From Chloroflexota bacterium (GTDB taxonomy: Bacteria; Chloroflexota; UBA5177): a stretch of 63,369 bases of DNA. Below the pieces are notes generated by a model. That model made no database searches. It had not been told where the DNA came from and was given only the letters and a program-made list of their open reading frames with translations. Each line of letters begins with the position of its first letter. The first letter of the stretch is position 1. The translations under genes and the position numbers were made by a program. Location: assembly GCA_025966365.1 (NCBI GenBank), contig JAICWV010000002.1, positions 1-63,369 of the forward strand. The letters are read 5' to 3'. Of this stretch, positions 1 through 9,255 are shown piece by piece.

Positions 1-1
1 C

Positions 2-1219
2 TGGTGGCACGACCTCATGCGTGACGCCACCGCTCCAGCGCCTGCCGAACAGACCAACGCCGACGATCCCTTCATGATCATCTACACCTCGGGCACCACT
101 GGCCGGCCCAAGGGCGCCCTGCACGTCCATGCCGGGTTCCCGTTGAAGGCCGCGCAGGACATGGCCCACTGCTTCGACATCCATGACACTGATACCCTCT
201 TCTGGTTCACGGACATCGGCTGGATGATGGGCCCCTGGGCCATCATGGGCACGCTCATTCTTGGCGGCACCCTCTTCCTGTATGACGGAACGCCGGACTA
301 TCCCGAGCCGGACCGCGTCTGGCAGATCGTGGAGCGGCATCGCATCACGGTACTGGGCATCTCACCCACCGTGATACGCGCCCTCATGCCCTTGGGCACG
401 GAATGGGTGAGACCGCACGACCTATCCTCGCTGCGCGTGCTGGGAGGCTCCGGAGAGCCCTGGAACCCAGGCCCATGGACGTGGTACTTCCAGGAAATCG
501 GCGGCTCGCGCTGTCCCATCATCAATTACTCCGGCGGCACGGAAACGTCCGGCGGCATCCTGGGATGCAATACCATCCTCCCACTGCGCCCAACGTCCTT
601 CTCCACCCCGGTCCCCGGCATGGCGGCCGACGTCTTCAACGACGAGGGCCAGAGCGTGACCGGTCAGGTGGGAGAGCTGGTCGTGAAAGAGCCCTGGGTG
701 GGGATGACACGCGGCTTCTGGCGAGATCGCGAGCGCTACGAGGAGACCTACTGGACGCGCTTCCCGGGCATCTGGACGCACGGCGACTGGGCGCTCCGCG
801 ATCCCGACGGCTACTGGTACATCCTGGGCCGCTCCGACGACACCCTGAAAGTAGCGGGGAAGCGGGTTGGCCCGGCGGAAGTCGAGTCCGCCGCGGTAAG
901 CCACGACGCCGTTCGCGAGGCAGCGGCCATCGGGGTCCCTGACCAGATCAAGGGCGAGACCGTGACCGTCTTTGTCGTCCTCAAGAGCGATCGGCAGCCC
1001 GACGAGGATCTGCGCGAGGAGATCCGGCAGGCGGTGGGCCGCCAGCTGGGCAAGGCGCTGCTCCCCAGAGAGGTGCGCTTCTGCACTGATCTGCCGCGCA
1101 CCCGGAATGCCAAGATCCTGCGGCGGGTCATCCGGGCGCGCTACCTGGGCAAGGATCTCGGCGATCTCTCCTCCCTGGAGAACCCCGCTGCCATCGAGGC
1201 TATCGCCGCCAGCCAGTAG
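2..1219 (+). CDS. AMP-dependent acyl-CoA synthetase (acetyl-CoA synthetase family), 5' end cut by window edge
   Basis: Frame is open from nt 2 (WWHDL...). AMP-binding signature IIYTSGTTGRPKG, then YSGGTETSG and the C-terminal TRNAKILRR typical of adenylate-forming ligases. Confidence 0.85.
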   Translation, partial: WWHDLMRDATAPAPAEQTNADDPFMIIYTSGTTGRPKGALHVHAGFPLKAAQDMAHCFDIHDTDTLFWFTDIGWMMGPWAIMGTLILGGTLFLYDGTPDYPEPDRVWQIVERHRITVLGISPTVIRALMPLGTEWVRPHDLSSLRVLGGSGEPWNPGPWTWYFQEIGGSRCPIINYSGGTETSGGILGCNTILPLRPTSFSTPVPGMAADVFNDEGQSVTGQVGELVVKEPWVGMTRGFWRDRERYEETYWTRFPGIWTHGDWALRDPDGYWYILGRSDDTLKVAGKRVGPAEVESAAVSHDAVREAAAIGVPDQIKGETVTVFVVLKSDRQPDEDLREEIRQAVGRQLGKALLPREVRFCTDLPRTRNAKILRRVIRARYLGKDLGDLSSLENPAAIEAIAASQ

Positions 1220-1231
1220 TGAGTGGAGGAG

Positions 1232-1263
1232 GGAAGGCCGGCCCCTGTCGGGACCGACCTTCC
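1232..1263. terminator. Imperfect GC-rich hairpin between convergent genes (possible bidirectional terminator)
   Basis: ggaaggccggccc / gggaccgaccttcc arms with two mismatches, between the stop at 1219 (+) and the stop at 1272 (-). No clear U-tract. Confidence 0.35.
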
Positions 1264-1271
1264 TGGAGGAG

Positions 1272-1850
1272 TTACAGGGCGGCTTTGGTCAACGCGCTCT
1301 GCAGCGACTGCTCGAAGGCGCGGCTGGTCACGGTGGCGCCGGAGATCATGTGAATGCCGGCGCTCTGTGCCTTCAGCACTTCCTGCTTGAGCAACGGCAC
1401 CGCCTGGTCCTGAATGACGACCGAGCGGGCGGTGTCGGGCGTATTGCTGACCTTCACATCGGTGATCTGGCCGTTCTCGACCACCAGCGAGACCTGGATC
1501 GGGCCGTAGCGAGACTGGATCTGCGGGCCGGCGAAAGTGCCGGAGGCAGCGGAGGTAGGCGTTGTCGTCGGCCGGGGCGTCGATGTCGGCCTGGGTGTCG
1601 GCGTCGCCTTCGTGACCGTCTTTTTCTTCTTGGTTGTCCTGTGCTTCTTGTGCTTCTTAGTGGTCTTCTTCTTGGTTGACTTCTTGTGGACCGGCGTTTT
1701 CTTCACCTTCGCCTTCGCGGGGGTCGCCTTTTTGGCAGCCGTGTCCGCGGCGGCACTGGCATTTCCCGTTTGGCTCGTCACGGTCAGGGCAGCGCCGAAC
1801 GGCACCGCGGCAACCAGACTCAGAAAAAGCGAGATGAACTTGCGACGCAT
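1272..1850 (-). CDS. Exported FMN-binding domain protein with a lysine-rich linker
   Basis: N-terminal signal-like MRRKFISLFLSLVAAVPFGAAL. C-terminal YGPIQVSLVVENGQITDV...ISGATVTSRAF matches the FMN_bind pattern. Confidence 0.75.
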   Translation of the reverse strand: MRRKFISLFLSLVAAVPFGAALTVTSQTGNASAAADTAAKKATPAKAKVKKTPVHKKSTKKKTTKKHKKHRTTKKKKTVTKATPTPRPTSTPRPTTTPTSAASGTFAGPQIQSRYGPIQVSLVVENGQITDVKVSNTPDTARSVVIQDQAVPLLKQEVLKAQSAGIHMISGATVTSRAFEQSLQSALTKAAL

Positions 1851-2011
1851 CGATATGAGCTCCCCATGGCCGGATCCCCGGCAAACACGTACGCGCCCAG
1901 TGTAGGAAGCGCACCTTACCTTCCCCTGAGCAAATCGTGAACAATCCCTGAACGTAGAGCGGGACTATTGCTGCGCAACCAGAGGCGCTTGAGGGTAACC
2001 AACTATCTCTG

Positions 2012-2029
2012 GTAGGGGCCGGCCCCTAC
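2012..2029. repeat. 18-bp perfect palindrome gtaggggccggcccctac (REP-like hairpin)
   Basis: Read directly from sequence. Lies immediately upstream of the RAYT-like fragment. Confidence 0.7.
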
Positions 2030-2054
2030 CGAACGCCTCCCGCTCCTCGAAGTT

Positions 2055-2285
2055 GTGAAGAGATTCAAATCTTTAACGAGGATCCGCTATGGGATTGGGG
2101 TTAGGCAACAGGGATGGCGGCAATCCTCGGGACGGTTGTGGCAGCGAAGCTACTATGAGTGGGTTATCCGCAATGACCGAGAGCTGGATTCCGTTCGCCG
2201 TTACATTGTTGGGAATCCGTTGCAGTGGGACCGTGACCGCGAGAACCCTGATTACCGCCTGGGACGTGCGAAGTCGCAATTATGA
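2055..2285 (+). pseudogene. C-terminal remnant of a REP-associated tyrosine transposase (RAYT / IS200-like)
   Basis: 76-aa ORF with LWQRSYYEWVIRNDRELDSVRRYIVGNPLQW, the conserved C-terminal third of the family. The N-terminal HUH-bearing part is absent. Confidence 0.65.
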
Positions 2286-2677
2286 GGGAATCTCGGCAGA
2301 ACTTCTCCTCGGGAACGTCGTGGGAGCCGGTGGTGGGGTACTCGCGGGCGGTGCGCGTGGGGAATGTCGTCTACGTGGCGGGGACGACGGCGACGGATGA
2401 GAACGGTGAGATCGTGGGGGAGGGGGATGCCCACGCGCAGGCGGTGCAGGCGCTGATGAACATCCGGGCGGCGCTGGAGCGGGCGGGGGCGCGACTGGAG
2501 GATGTGGTGCGTACCCGCATGTATGTCACCGACATGGCCGATGCCGAGGCCGTAGGACGGGCACACGGGGAGGTGTTTGCCGGAATCCGGCCGGTCACCG
2601 CCATGGTTCAGGTCGTGGCGCTGATCGGTCCTGCCATGCTGGTCGAGATCGAGGCCGACGCCGTCATTACCACGTAG
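2282..2677 (+). CDS. RidA/YjgF family reactive-intermediate deaminase
   Basis: [19 protein letters not shown]...RTRMYVTD...[13 protein letters not shown] is the classic YjgF/RidA pattern. The ATG overlaps the upstream stop (ATGA). Confidence 0.85.
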   Translation: MRESRQNFSSGTSWEPVVGYSRAVRVGNVVYVAGTTATDENGEIVGEGDAHAQAVQALMNIRAALERAGARLEDVVRTRMYVTDMADAEAVGRAHGEVFAGIRPVTAMVQVVALIGPAMLVEIEADAVITT

Positions 2678-2683
2678 ACGCGC

Positions 2684-3829
2684 TCAATCGCCCGACAGCA
2701 AGTCCTGGGCGATGATCATCCGCTGCACCTCGCTGGTGCCCTCGTAGATGCGGGTGATGCGTGCGTCGCGGTACATGCGCTCGATGTCGAACTCTTTCAT
2801 GTAGCCCATCCCGCCGTGCACCTGGACGGCGCGATCCACCACGCGGCCCAGCATCTCGCTGCAGTACACCTTGACCATGGCCGCCTCGTGTGACGCACGC
2901 TGCCCGCTGTCGATCTTCCAGGCGCCGTGGTAGACCATCATGCGGCCCGCGTGGATCTCGACCTCGGAATCGGCCAGCATCCACTGAATCGCCTGGTTGG
3001 AGGCGATGGGCTGTCCGAACTGGATTCGTTGCTTACTCCATTCCAGGGCCAGATCGAGCGCTGCCTGTGCCTGCCCCACACAGCTGGCGCCCAGTGACAT
3101 GCGCCCGCCATCAAGCGTCCGCATGGCCACCCGGAATCCCTTTCCCTCCTCGCCGATCAGATTCTCGGCCGGCACCCGCGCGTCGGCGAAGAAGACTTCG
3201 CTGGTCCTGGAGCCGCGCAGCCCCATCTTCTCGTCGATTTTCCCGATGGTGACGCCGGGCGTGTCCCGCTCCACGACAAAGGCCGAGACCCCTTTCGCCC
3301 CCTGATCTCTGTCGGTGACGGCGAAGACGGTATAGAGATCGGCCATGGGCCCGTTACTCACCCACAACTTGGAGCCGTTGAGGAGGTAGCTGTCGCCGTC
3401 CCGCCGGGCCGTGGTCTGGATGTGTGCGGCGTCCGAGCCGGCGTTGGGCTCGGTGAGAGCAAAGGCGCCCAGAATCTCACCCGTTCCCATGCGCGGCAGA
3501 TAGCGTCCCTTCAGCTCGTCGGAGCCGCCCAGGGCGATGGACATCCCGCACAGGCCACAATGACCGCCGATGATGTTGGAATACGCCGCATTCACGGCGC
3601 CCAATTCTTCAAAGGCAACGCAGTACCCCAATTCGCCGAGACCTGCCCCGCCGTACTCTTCGGGAAAGGGGATGGAGAACAGGCCCAGGTCCTTCATCTC
3701 CTGAAGGATGCCGTCGGGAATTCGGTCCTCTTCCTCGACCTGCATCGTTAGCGGCCGCAATCGGTCGCGGACATACTCTCGCACCAGGTCGCGCAGCATG
3801 GTCACCTCGTCGGGAAGGGCAAAGTCCAC
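2684..3829 (-). CDS. Acyl-CoA dehydrogenase
   Basis: 381 aa. GAFALTEPNAGSDA, and the C-terminal RDARITRIYEGTSEVQRMIIA typical of ACADs. Confidence 0.9.
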   Translation of the reverse strand: MDFALPDEVTMLRDLVREYVRDRLRPLTMQVEEEDRIPDGILQEMKDLGLFSIPFPEEYGGAGLGELGYCVAFEELGAVNAAYSNIIGGHCGLCGMSIALGGSDELKGRYLPRMGTGEILGAFALTEPNAGSDAAHIQTTARRDGDSYLLNGSKLWVSNGPMADLYTVFAVTDRDQGAKGVSAFVVERDTPGVTIGKIDEKMGLRGSRTSEVFFADARVPAENLIGEEGKGFRVAMRTLDGGRMSLGASCVGQAQAALDLALEWSKQRIQFGQPIASNQAIQWMLADSEVEIHAGRMMVYHGAWKIDSGQRASHEAAMVKVYCSEMLGRVVDRAVQVHGGMGYMKEFDIERMYRDARITRIYEGTSEVQRMIIAQDLLSGD

Positions 3830-3874
3830 CCGAAGCTCCTTTTCGCCGCTATGTGCCGGGCGAGTGAGGCGCGA

Positions 3875-4279
3875 TTACCCAAATAGGGCGTGAAACCACT
3901 GCTGCCACGTCGGTTCGGGCGCCACGTACTTCACCACTGGAGCGGCGTGGACCTCGGGACGAGCGTAGTGGAGCAGGGGAATGATGGCGACTTCACCGGG
4001 CTTGGTCAGTCCGATCACGGCTCGCGCCTGTTCTTCCACGTACTTGTTGGTTCGGTAGTAGCGGATGCGCTGATGAAGCGTTGTATTCTGTCGCAGAATT
4101 TGCTGGTTCTGGGCTTGCAGCGCGCCGGCCTCACGGTTGAGATCCTGCAGCTGCTGCGTCTTCTCGATGAACTTGAAGGCAAAGAACGCCAGAATCAGGG
4201 CCAGCACGATATAAAGCGGCCGGATACGGATGCGCCGCTCCGCCCGAACGGGCCGATCCTGTTTCAGTCGCTGCGCCAT
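3875..4279 (-). CDS. Septum formation initiator family protein (FtsB/DivIC-like)
   Basis: Single TM (LYIVLALILAFFAFKF), then a coiled coil and YVEEQARAVIGLTKPGE. Start placed at the internal ATG (MAQRLKQ) of the 3875..4318 ORF. Confidence 0.7.
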   Translation of the reverse strand: MAQRLKQDRPVRAERRIRIRPLYIVLALILAFFAFKFIEKTQQLQDLNREAGALQAQNQQILRQNTTLHQRIRYYRTNKYVEEQARAVIGLTKPGEVAIIPLLHYARPEVHAAPVVKYVAPEPTWQQWFHALFG

Positions 4280-4372
4280 ACCACCACCCTCAGAAATTCC
4301 TTGCACAGAGAATAGCACCTTCGAGTTATCGGAGGATTAGCTGCCGCGCCCTTTTGCTATCATTCGGCGCCC

Positions 4373-5329
4373 ATGCCGGTCACCCTTCACTACGGCGACA
4401 ATCCGCTCGAGATCGAGCGGGCGGTGCGTGCCGTGAAAGATACCTTCCAGAGCACGGACGTGGTGAGCTTCGAGGGCGGCTCGGTCTCGTTGCCGGATCT
4501 CTCCCAGGCCTGTCTGACGGTCGGCCTCTTCGACCCCGACCGCCTCGTCATCGTGCGCAATCTCCACGAGCGCTTCAAAGGCAAGGGCGCTGACAACGAG
4601 GAGCTTCGCCGGCTGCTGGGCTCTATTCCTCCCACCACCACCGTGATCCTGGCTTCACCGGGCATGAAAGAGGACAACCTCCTGGTTTCTGTCGTTCGCG
4701 AGGTCGGCGGCACCGTCCGGACCTACATGGTTCCCAAGCGGGCGGAGCTGCCCCGCTGGATCGCGGATCGCGCCCGCGATGCAGGGGTGCGCATCGAGCG
4801 GGACGCGGCCGACCTGCTGGCGGAGATGATCGGCGGCGATCCCATCGCGCTGAACACCGAGCTGCAGAAGCTGGCCACCTACGCCGGGGAAGACACCGCG
4901 ATCACCCCGACCATGGTGGAAGAGCTGGTGGGCGCGATGACGCAGGACTCGATCTTCACCCTTGTCGATGCCATCGCCGTCGGTGACCGCGCCAGAGCGC
5001 TTCGCATGCTGCACGATCAGCTCGATCAGGCCTCGTCCACGCCCACCGACGTGGCGCTGTACCTCATCCGCATGCTGGCCCGTCAGGTCCGCATCCTCCT
5101 GCGCATCCGGCTGGGGCAGGAAGCCGGCCGGTCCAACAGCCAGATCACCTCCGACGTCAAGATCCCTCGCTACTACGCCGATCGCTACTTCCGTCAGGCC
5201 CGCCGCCTCTCCAGAGGCCGGCTCCAGGGAGCCTTCGAACAGCTGGCGGCGCTGGAGTTCGCGCTCAAAAACGGTACCGCCGACGCTGCCACCGGCCTGG
5301 ATCTGCTGGTGACCGAGCTGGCCGGGTAG
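4373..5329 (+). CDS. holA: DNA polymerase III delta subunit
   Basis: 318 aa with delta-subunit layout: N-terminal YGDNPLEIERA, central LQKLATYAG...ITPTMVEELVG, C-terminal helical domain. Confidence 0.75.
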   Translation: MPVTLHYGDNPLEIERAVRAVKDTFQSTDVVSFEGGSVSLPDLSQACLTVGLFDPDRLVIVRNLHERFKGKGADNEELRRLLGSIPPTTTVILASPGMKEDNLLVSVVREVGGTVRTYMVPKRAELPRWIADRARDAGVRIERDAADLLAEMIGGDPIALNTELQKLATYAGEDTAITPTMVEELVGAMTQDSIFTLVDAIAVGDRARALRMLHDQLDQASSTPTDVALYLIRMLARQVRILLRIRLGQEAGRSNSQITSDVKIPRYYADRYFRQARRLSRGRLQGAFEQLAALEFALKNGTADAATGLDLLVTELAG

Positions 5330-5339
5330 CCCCGGAAAT

Positions 5340-6269
5340 TTACGAGGCGCCGGTACCGGCTTCGGGCGCCAGCTCCTGGGCCGGTTGCCGGATCTGCGAC
5401 TGCCCTGCCGGCTCGAGACGGTGGGTCCAGATGAGCCAGGCTGCCAGGAGCCAGAAGGGAACGGTGCCGAGCAGTCCGACGGGCGGGCGCAGAAGGGAAT
5501 CGCCTTTTGAGAGCAGCAGGGCCACGACGGTCGCCTGGCCATTGATGGCGGCGTGGAGCAGCACGCCCGGCCAGACGCTGCGTGTGTGGAAACGCAGCCA
5601 GGCCAGGATGATGCTGAGCGGGACGGTGAAGAGGAGCATGGCGAAGATGCCCGCGATGGGATAGCCGGGGAAGTTGTACCCGTCCAGCGCGATGAGCGGC
5701 GCATGCCAGAACCCCCAGATGATGCCGACAATCACCGCGGCCGTGACCCCGCCAAGCGGTGCCAGGCGCGGGAGGAGGTAGCCCCGCCAGCCGAACTCCT
5801 CGCCGAAGGTGAAGATGACGTTCAAGACGATGGCCACGCTCAACGAGTTGGCGGCGCCGGTCCAGAACGTCACCCAGGCCACGTACAGCTTGGTCTCGCC
5901 GGGCGGAAGATGCCCGATGGGAAGCTGGTGAGCGAGACGGTGGATGTTGGCATCCAGAGCCCAATGCTGTTCCTGTGTCAGAAGCGCCAGAAGCACGCCC
6001 AGTGTCATGAGCACGGGTGCGATGAGATAGGCGAGGCCGTAGTACTTCCAGTGCATGAGGTTGAGGCCACCGCCCGAATCGCGGAATCCGTCCTGCAGCA
6101 AGGGACCGCGCACCAGATACGCGGCGATGGCCGGCGCGAACATCGCCAGGGCGGCCCGCGTCAGCAGGTTAATGCCAAATGGCCGCAAGCCGATCTCGAC
6201 CAGCCAGGCGAGGCCGAATGCCAGCACGAGGAAGACGGCCACCCCCCGCCAGCGGATCTGCACCTGCAT
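5340..6269 (-). CDS. CPBP family intramembrane glutamic endopeptidase (CAAX protease-like)
   Basis: Polytopic. EEFGWRGYLLPRL and FWHAPL motifs. Confidence 0.8.
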   Translation of the reverse strand: MQVQIRWRGVAVFLVLAFGLAWLVEIGLRPFGINLLTRAALAMFAPAIAAYLVRGPLLQDGFRDSGGGLNLMHWKYYGLAYLIAPVLMTLGVLLALLTQEQHWALDANIHRLAHQLPIGHLPPGETKLYVAWVTFWTGAANSLSVAIVLNVIFTFGEEFGWRGYLLPRLAPLGGVTAAVIVGIIWGFWHAPLIALDGYNFPGYPIAGIFAMLLFTVPLSIILAWLRFHTRSVWPGVLLHAAINGQATVVALLLSKGDSLLRPPVGLLGTVPFWLLAAWLIWTHRLEPAGQSQIRQPAQELAPEAGTGAS

Positions 6270-6275
6270 GGGCGG

Positions 6276-7571
6276 CTAGGGGTACTGACTGCCGACGACG
6301 ACGACGATGCGCGCGCTCTGACCCGGCACGGTGCGGTGCACCAGATCGGCATTCAGCACCCGCTGCAGGCGGCGGGCTGTATACTCGCCGTCCCCGCCGG
6401 TCGCGGTGTTCACGATGACCTGCGTGCGCGTATACGTAGTCGCGTCGGCGTTTCCAGCGCCCACGGTATGGAAACCAAGTCCGGAGAGGAGCCCCTCAGC
6501 ATCGGATGCCGCGCCCGGCGTCGTGCTTCCATTGAGCACCATCACCGGCGTACGCTCCATCGCAATTTGCGGATCCGAGAAGAGCCGGTGGACCAGATTG
6601 GGGATGACGGTGCTGTTGGTCGGGGTGAGAATCGACTGCCCGTCATCGCTCCAGCCCGTCTGCACCATCCCGTTTTCCATATTGATGTAGGAGTGGTTCA
6701 CGCCTCCGTGGGCCAGAAGCATCTGCGCCGCCATCTCCGGCAGAGCGTTGAGGGGAATGTCGGTGATCAGCCCCTTTTCCAGGGTTCCGAGGATGGCGGG
6801 GTATCGCGGCCAGGTAGACGGGGACATCAGCTGGCGCTTGAGCGCTTCACCGAACGCCTGCTGATCCTTGACCCGGGCCAGATCCTGCTGGGCAAAGGCA
6901 TGTCGCTCGCGCACGAACTCGAGCGCCGTCGCACCGTCCATGTGCTGCACGCCGGGCTTGATGTCGATGGGGCAGTAGTCATATCCGACGAGGCAGGGGT
7001 AGGTGGGGTCCCTGAGCTCCTGAGGCACGTTCACGGTGACGCCTCCCATGGCGTTCACCAGTCGGGTAAAGCTCTTGAAGGTGAGGGCAACCGAATAGTC
7101 CACCGGAATGTTGAGATCCTGCTCCAGCGTGTACGCGGCCAGGCGCGGCCCCCCGATCTCGTACGCAATGGCGAGCTTTCCCTCACCGTAGCCCGGAATG
7201 TTCACCCAGAGATCGCGCGGCACCGAGAGCTCGTTGATCCGGTGATGGGCAGGGTCGATGTCGATCACCAGGAGGGTGTCCGTCCGCGCCGGCTCCGTGG
7301 TCCGCTGTGTCAGGCCCATGGCCACCACGGTGATACGGTCGTGGCCGTTCCAGGGGACGAGCCCGGGCTGCGGCTTGAGGACGACGGCGCTGAGCGCTTC
7401 CAGCACCCGGGGATCGAAGAGCAGAACGCCAACGGAGAGGACGCTCACCAGCAAGAAGATCAGGCAGAATGCCAGGAGGCGCCGGATGACCCGCCCCACG
7501 GCAGGGCGGGGCCGGGAGGGCGATTCTACCAGGGAAAGATCAGGGGTGAGGGGGGCCGTCTGCGCAGACAT
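6276..7571 (-). CDS. LCP (LytR-CpsA-Psr) family cell-envelope phosphotransferase
   Basis: N-terminal TM, DTLLVIDIDP...LSVPRDLWVNIPGYGEGKL core, C-terminal LytR_C-like VMVLNGSTTPGAA. Confidence 0.85.
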   Translation of the reverse strand: MSAQTAPLTPDLSLVESPSRPRPAVGRVIRRLLAFCLIFLLVSVLSVGVLLFDPRVLEALSAVVLKPQPGLVPWNGHDRITVVAMGLTQRTTEPARTDTLLVIDIDPAHHRINELSVPRDLWVNIPGYGEGKLAIAYEIGGPRLAAYTLEQDLNIPVDYSVALTFKSFTRLVNAMGGVTVNVPQELRDPTYPCLVGYDYCPIDIKPGVQHMDGATALEFVRERHAFAQQDLARVKDQQAFGEALKRQLMSPSTWPRYPAILGTLEKGLITDIPLNALPEMAAQMLLAHGGVNHSYINMENGMVQTGWSDDGQSILTPTNSTVIPNLVHRLFSDPQIAMERTPVMVLNGSTTPGAASDAEGLLSGLGFHTVGAGNADATTYTRTQVIVNTATGGDGEYTARRLQRVLNADLVHRTVPGQSARIVVVVGSQYP

Positions 7572-7626
7572 GCGAGGGGATTATAGCGTTGACCGCTGGC
7601 GCCATGTCTGGCATGTACAGTGAGCC

Positions 7627-9255
7627 GTGACGATCGAGCGCTTTTTCTCCAACGTGCCGGAAGAGGCGCCTGCCCTGGCCGGAGGGATCCTGGCTCCCGT
7701 GCTGGCGCTGCAGGGCGAGCAGGCGCGGCCGGGTTTCCGCATCACCCTTTTTGGAGCGGTCAAGACGGGCAAGACGGGCATGCTCAATCGCTTGCTCGGC
7801 ACCTCCGTCGTGCCCGAAGATGCGCTCAAGACCAAGAGCTGGATCACCACGGTGGCACACAATGCGGTGCCGTCGGCCATGCTGAGGATGCGGGATGGCT
7901 CGGAGCGCGCCGTGCCGTTCGATGAGCTTCAACGGTCCCGGCGGGAGTGGAGCGATCGCGAGGTAGGCGAGGTGCGGATCGGCGTGCCTCATCCCGTCCT
8001 CTCCGGAGGAATCACCCTGGTAGACACGCCGGGCCTGCTGGCAGACGAGGCAGCAACCGAGATCACATATGGGATGCTGGAGCGAACCGATCTGAGCATC
8101 ATGGTGCTGGCCGCCGACAAGATCCTCTCCGGTGAGGAGCGAGCCGTCGCCGCCTACGTCCACGATCTGCTCCACGGCAACATTGTGTTTGTGGTCAACC
8201 GCATGGATCTGATCAACGAGGAAGACCGTGACGATGTCCTCGCGTGGGCCTCCGCGGCGCTGAGCGGCCTGGGAAACTCGCTCCTCGGCCAGCCCCGTAT
8301 CCTGATCTCGGGCAGGTCCGGAGCCTATGCCGGGAGGGAGAGTATTTCTGCCTGGCTGACTGCTTTCTCGGAATCCGGCCCGGTGCAATCGGTTTCTACC
8401 CTCTCCCGATCGAGCGTCCTGGGCCACCGGCTTTCCCGCGCCGTCCGGTCGCTGCAGGAGGGACGAGGGGCCGCGGTGGGGCGCGCCAATGAGGCGCGTA
8501 TGCGGCATCTGGAAAGCACCATGCGCGAGCGCGCGGTCAGACGTCGGGCCGTGGGTGACGCGCGGAGGCAGCTGGACGTTGCCCGCGTGGAGATTGCAAG
8601 CCTCAGGCCGTCCTTCATCTCCCGGAGCATCCACGATACCAGCGAGTCGATACGTGGAAACCGGGCATCGTTACCCGTACGGCTGCAGCTCGAGGGCGCT
8701 ATCACTACCTATGCGGATGCCGTCAACGATCGGGTACGAGATGCGGTCATGGGAGCACCGGTCAACGCTCCACCCTTCGACCTTCGGACGTGGCTCTTCC
8801 GTCTGGATCTGAACGCCCGGCCCGACCCTGTCGGCAGCATCGGCAGCACCTTCGGGGATCTTTTGACCCATCCACTCGATAGTGGCAAGAGCGGCCGGGA
8901 AGCGGGTGAGGCACTCGGATCCTGGATCAGCAAGAACGTGCTGGGGAAGGATGCCGAGATGGAGATGGAGCAAGAAAGCGAACGGCTGGCCCACACCGCC
9001 CTGGTCTCGATCGAGGCAGAGGTCGATCGCTACTTTTCTGGTCTCTCCACGCTTCTGGACGAGGCAGACTCGTTCTACGAGATCTGGGTGCCTGCTGCCC
9101 CCGTGGTGGACGCGGCAGAGGAGGACGAGCGGTGCTGGGCGGTGGTGCTCCAGTGGGCCCAGGGGTTCGAGCGTGCCGCGCGGCGAGCGGCGGATGAGTC
9201 GCTCACGCCGTTGTCGCGAGAGGCGAGCGAGCCGCCTCCATCAGACCCGCGTTGA
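7627..9255 (+). CDS. Dynamin-like GTPase (DLP-A)
   Basis: GTG start. G1 GAVKTGKTG, G3 LVDTPG, G4 VVNRMD, followed by a long helical stalk-like C-terminal region. Confidence 0.8.
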   Translation: MTIERFFSNVPEEAPALAGGILAPVLALQGEQARPGFRITLFGAVKTGKTGMLNRLLGTSVVPEDALKTKSWITTVAHNAVPSAMLRMRDGSERAVPFDELQRSRREWSDREVGEVRIGVPHPVLSGGITLVDTPGLLADEAATEITYGMLERTDLSIMVLAADKILSGEERAVAAYVHDLLHGNIVFVVNRMDLINEEDRDDVLAWASAALSGLGNSLLGQPRILISGRSGAYAGRESISAWLTAFSESGPVQSVSTLSRSSVLGHRLSRAVRSLQEGRGAAVGRANEARMRHLESTMRERAVRRRAVGDARRQLDVARVEIASLRPSFISRSIHDTSESIRGNRASLPVRLQLEGAITTYADAVNDRVRDAVMGAPVNAPPFDLRTWLFRLDLNARPDPVGSIGSTFGDLLTHPLDSGKSGREAGEALGSWISKNVLGKDAEMEMEQESERLAHTALVSIEAEVDRYFSGLSTLLDEADSFYEIWVPAAPVVDAAEEDERCWAVVLQWAQGFERAARRAADESLTPLSREASEPPPSDPR

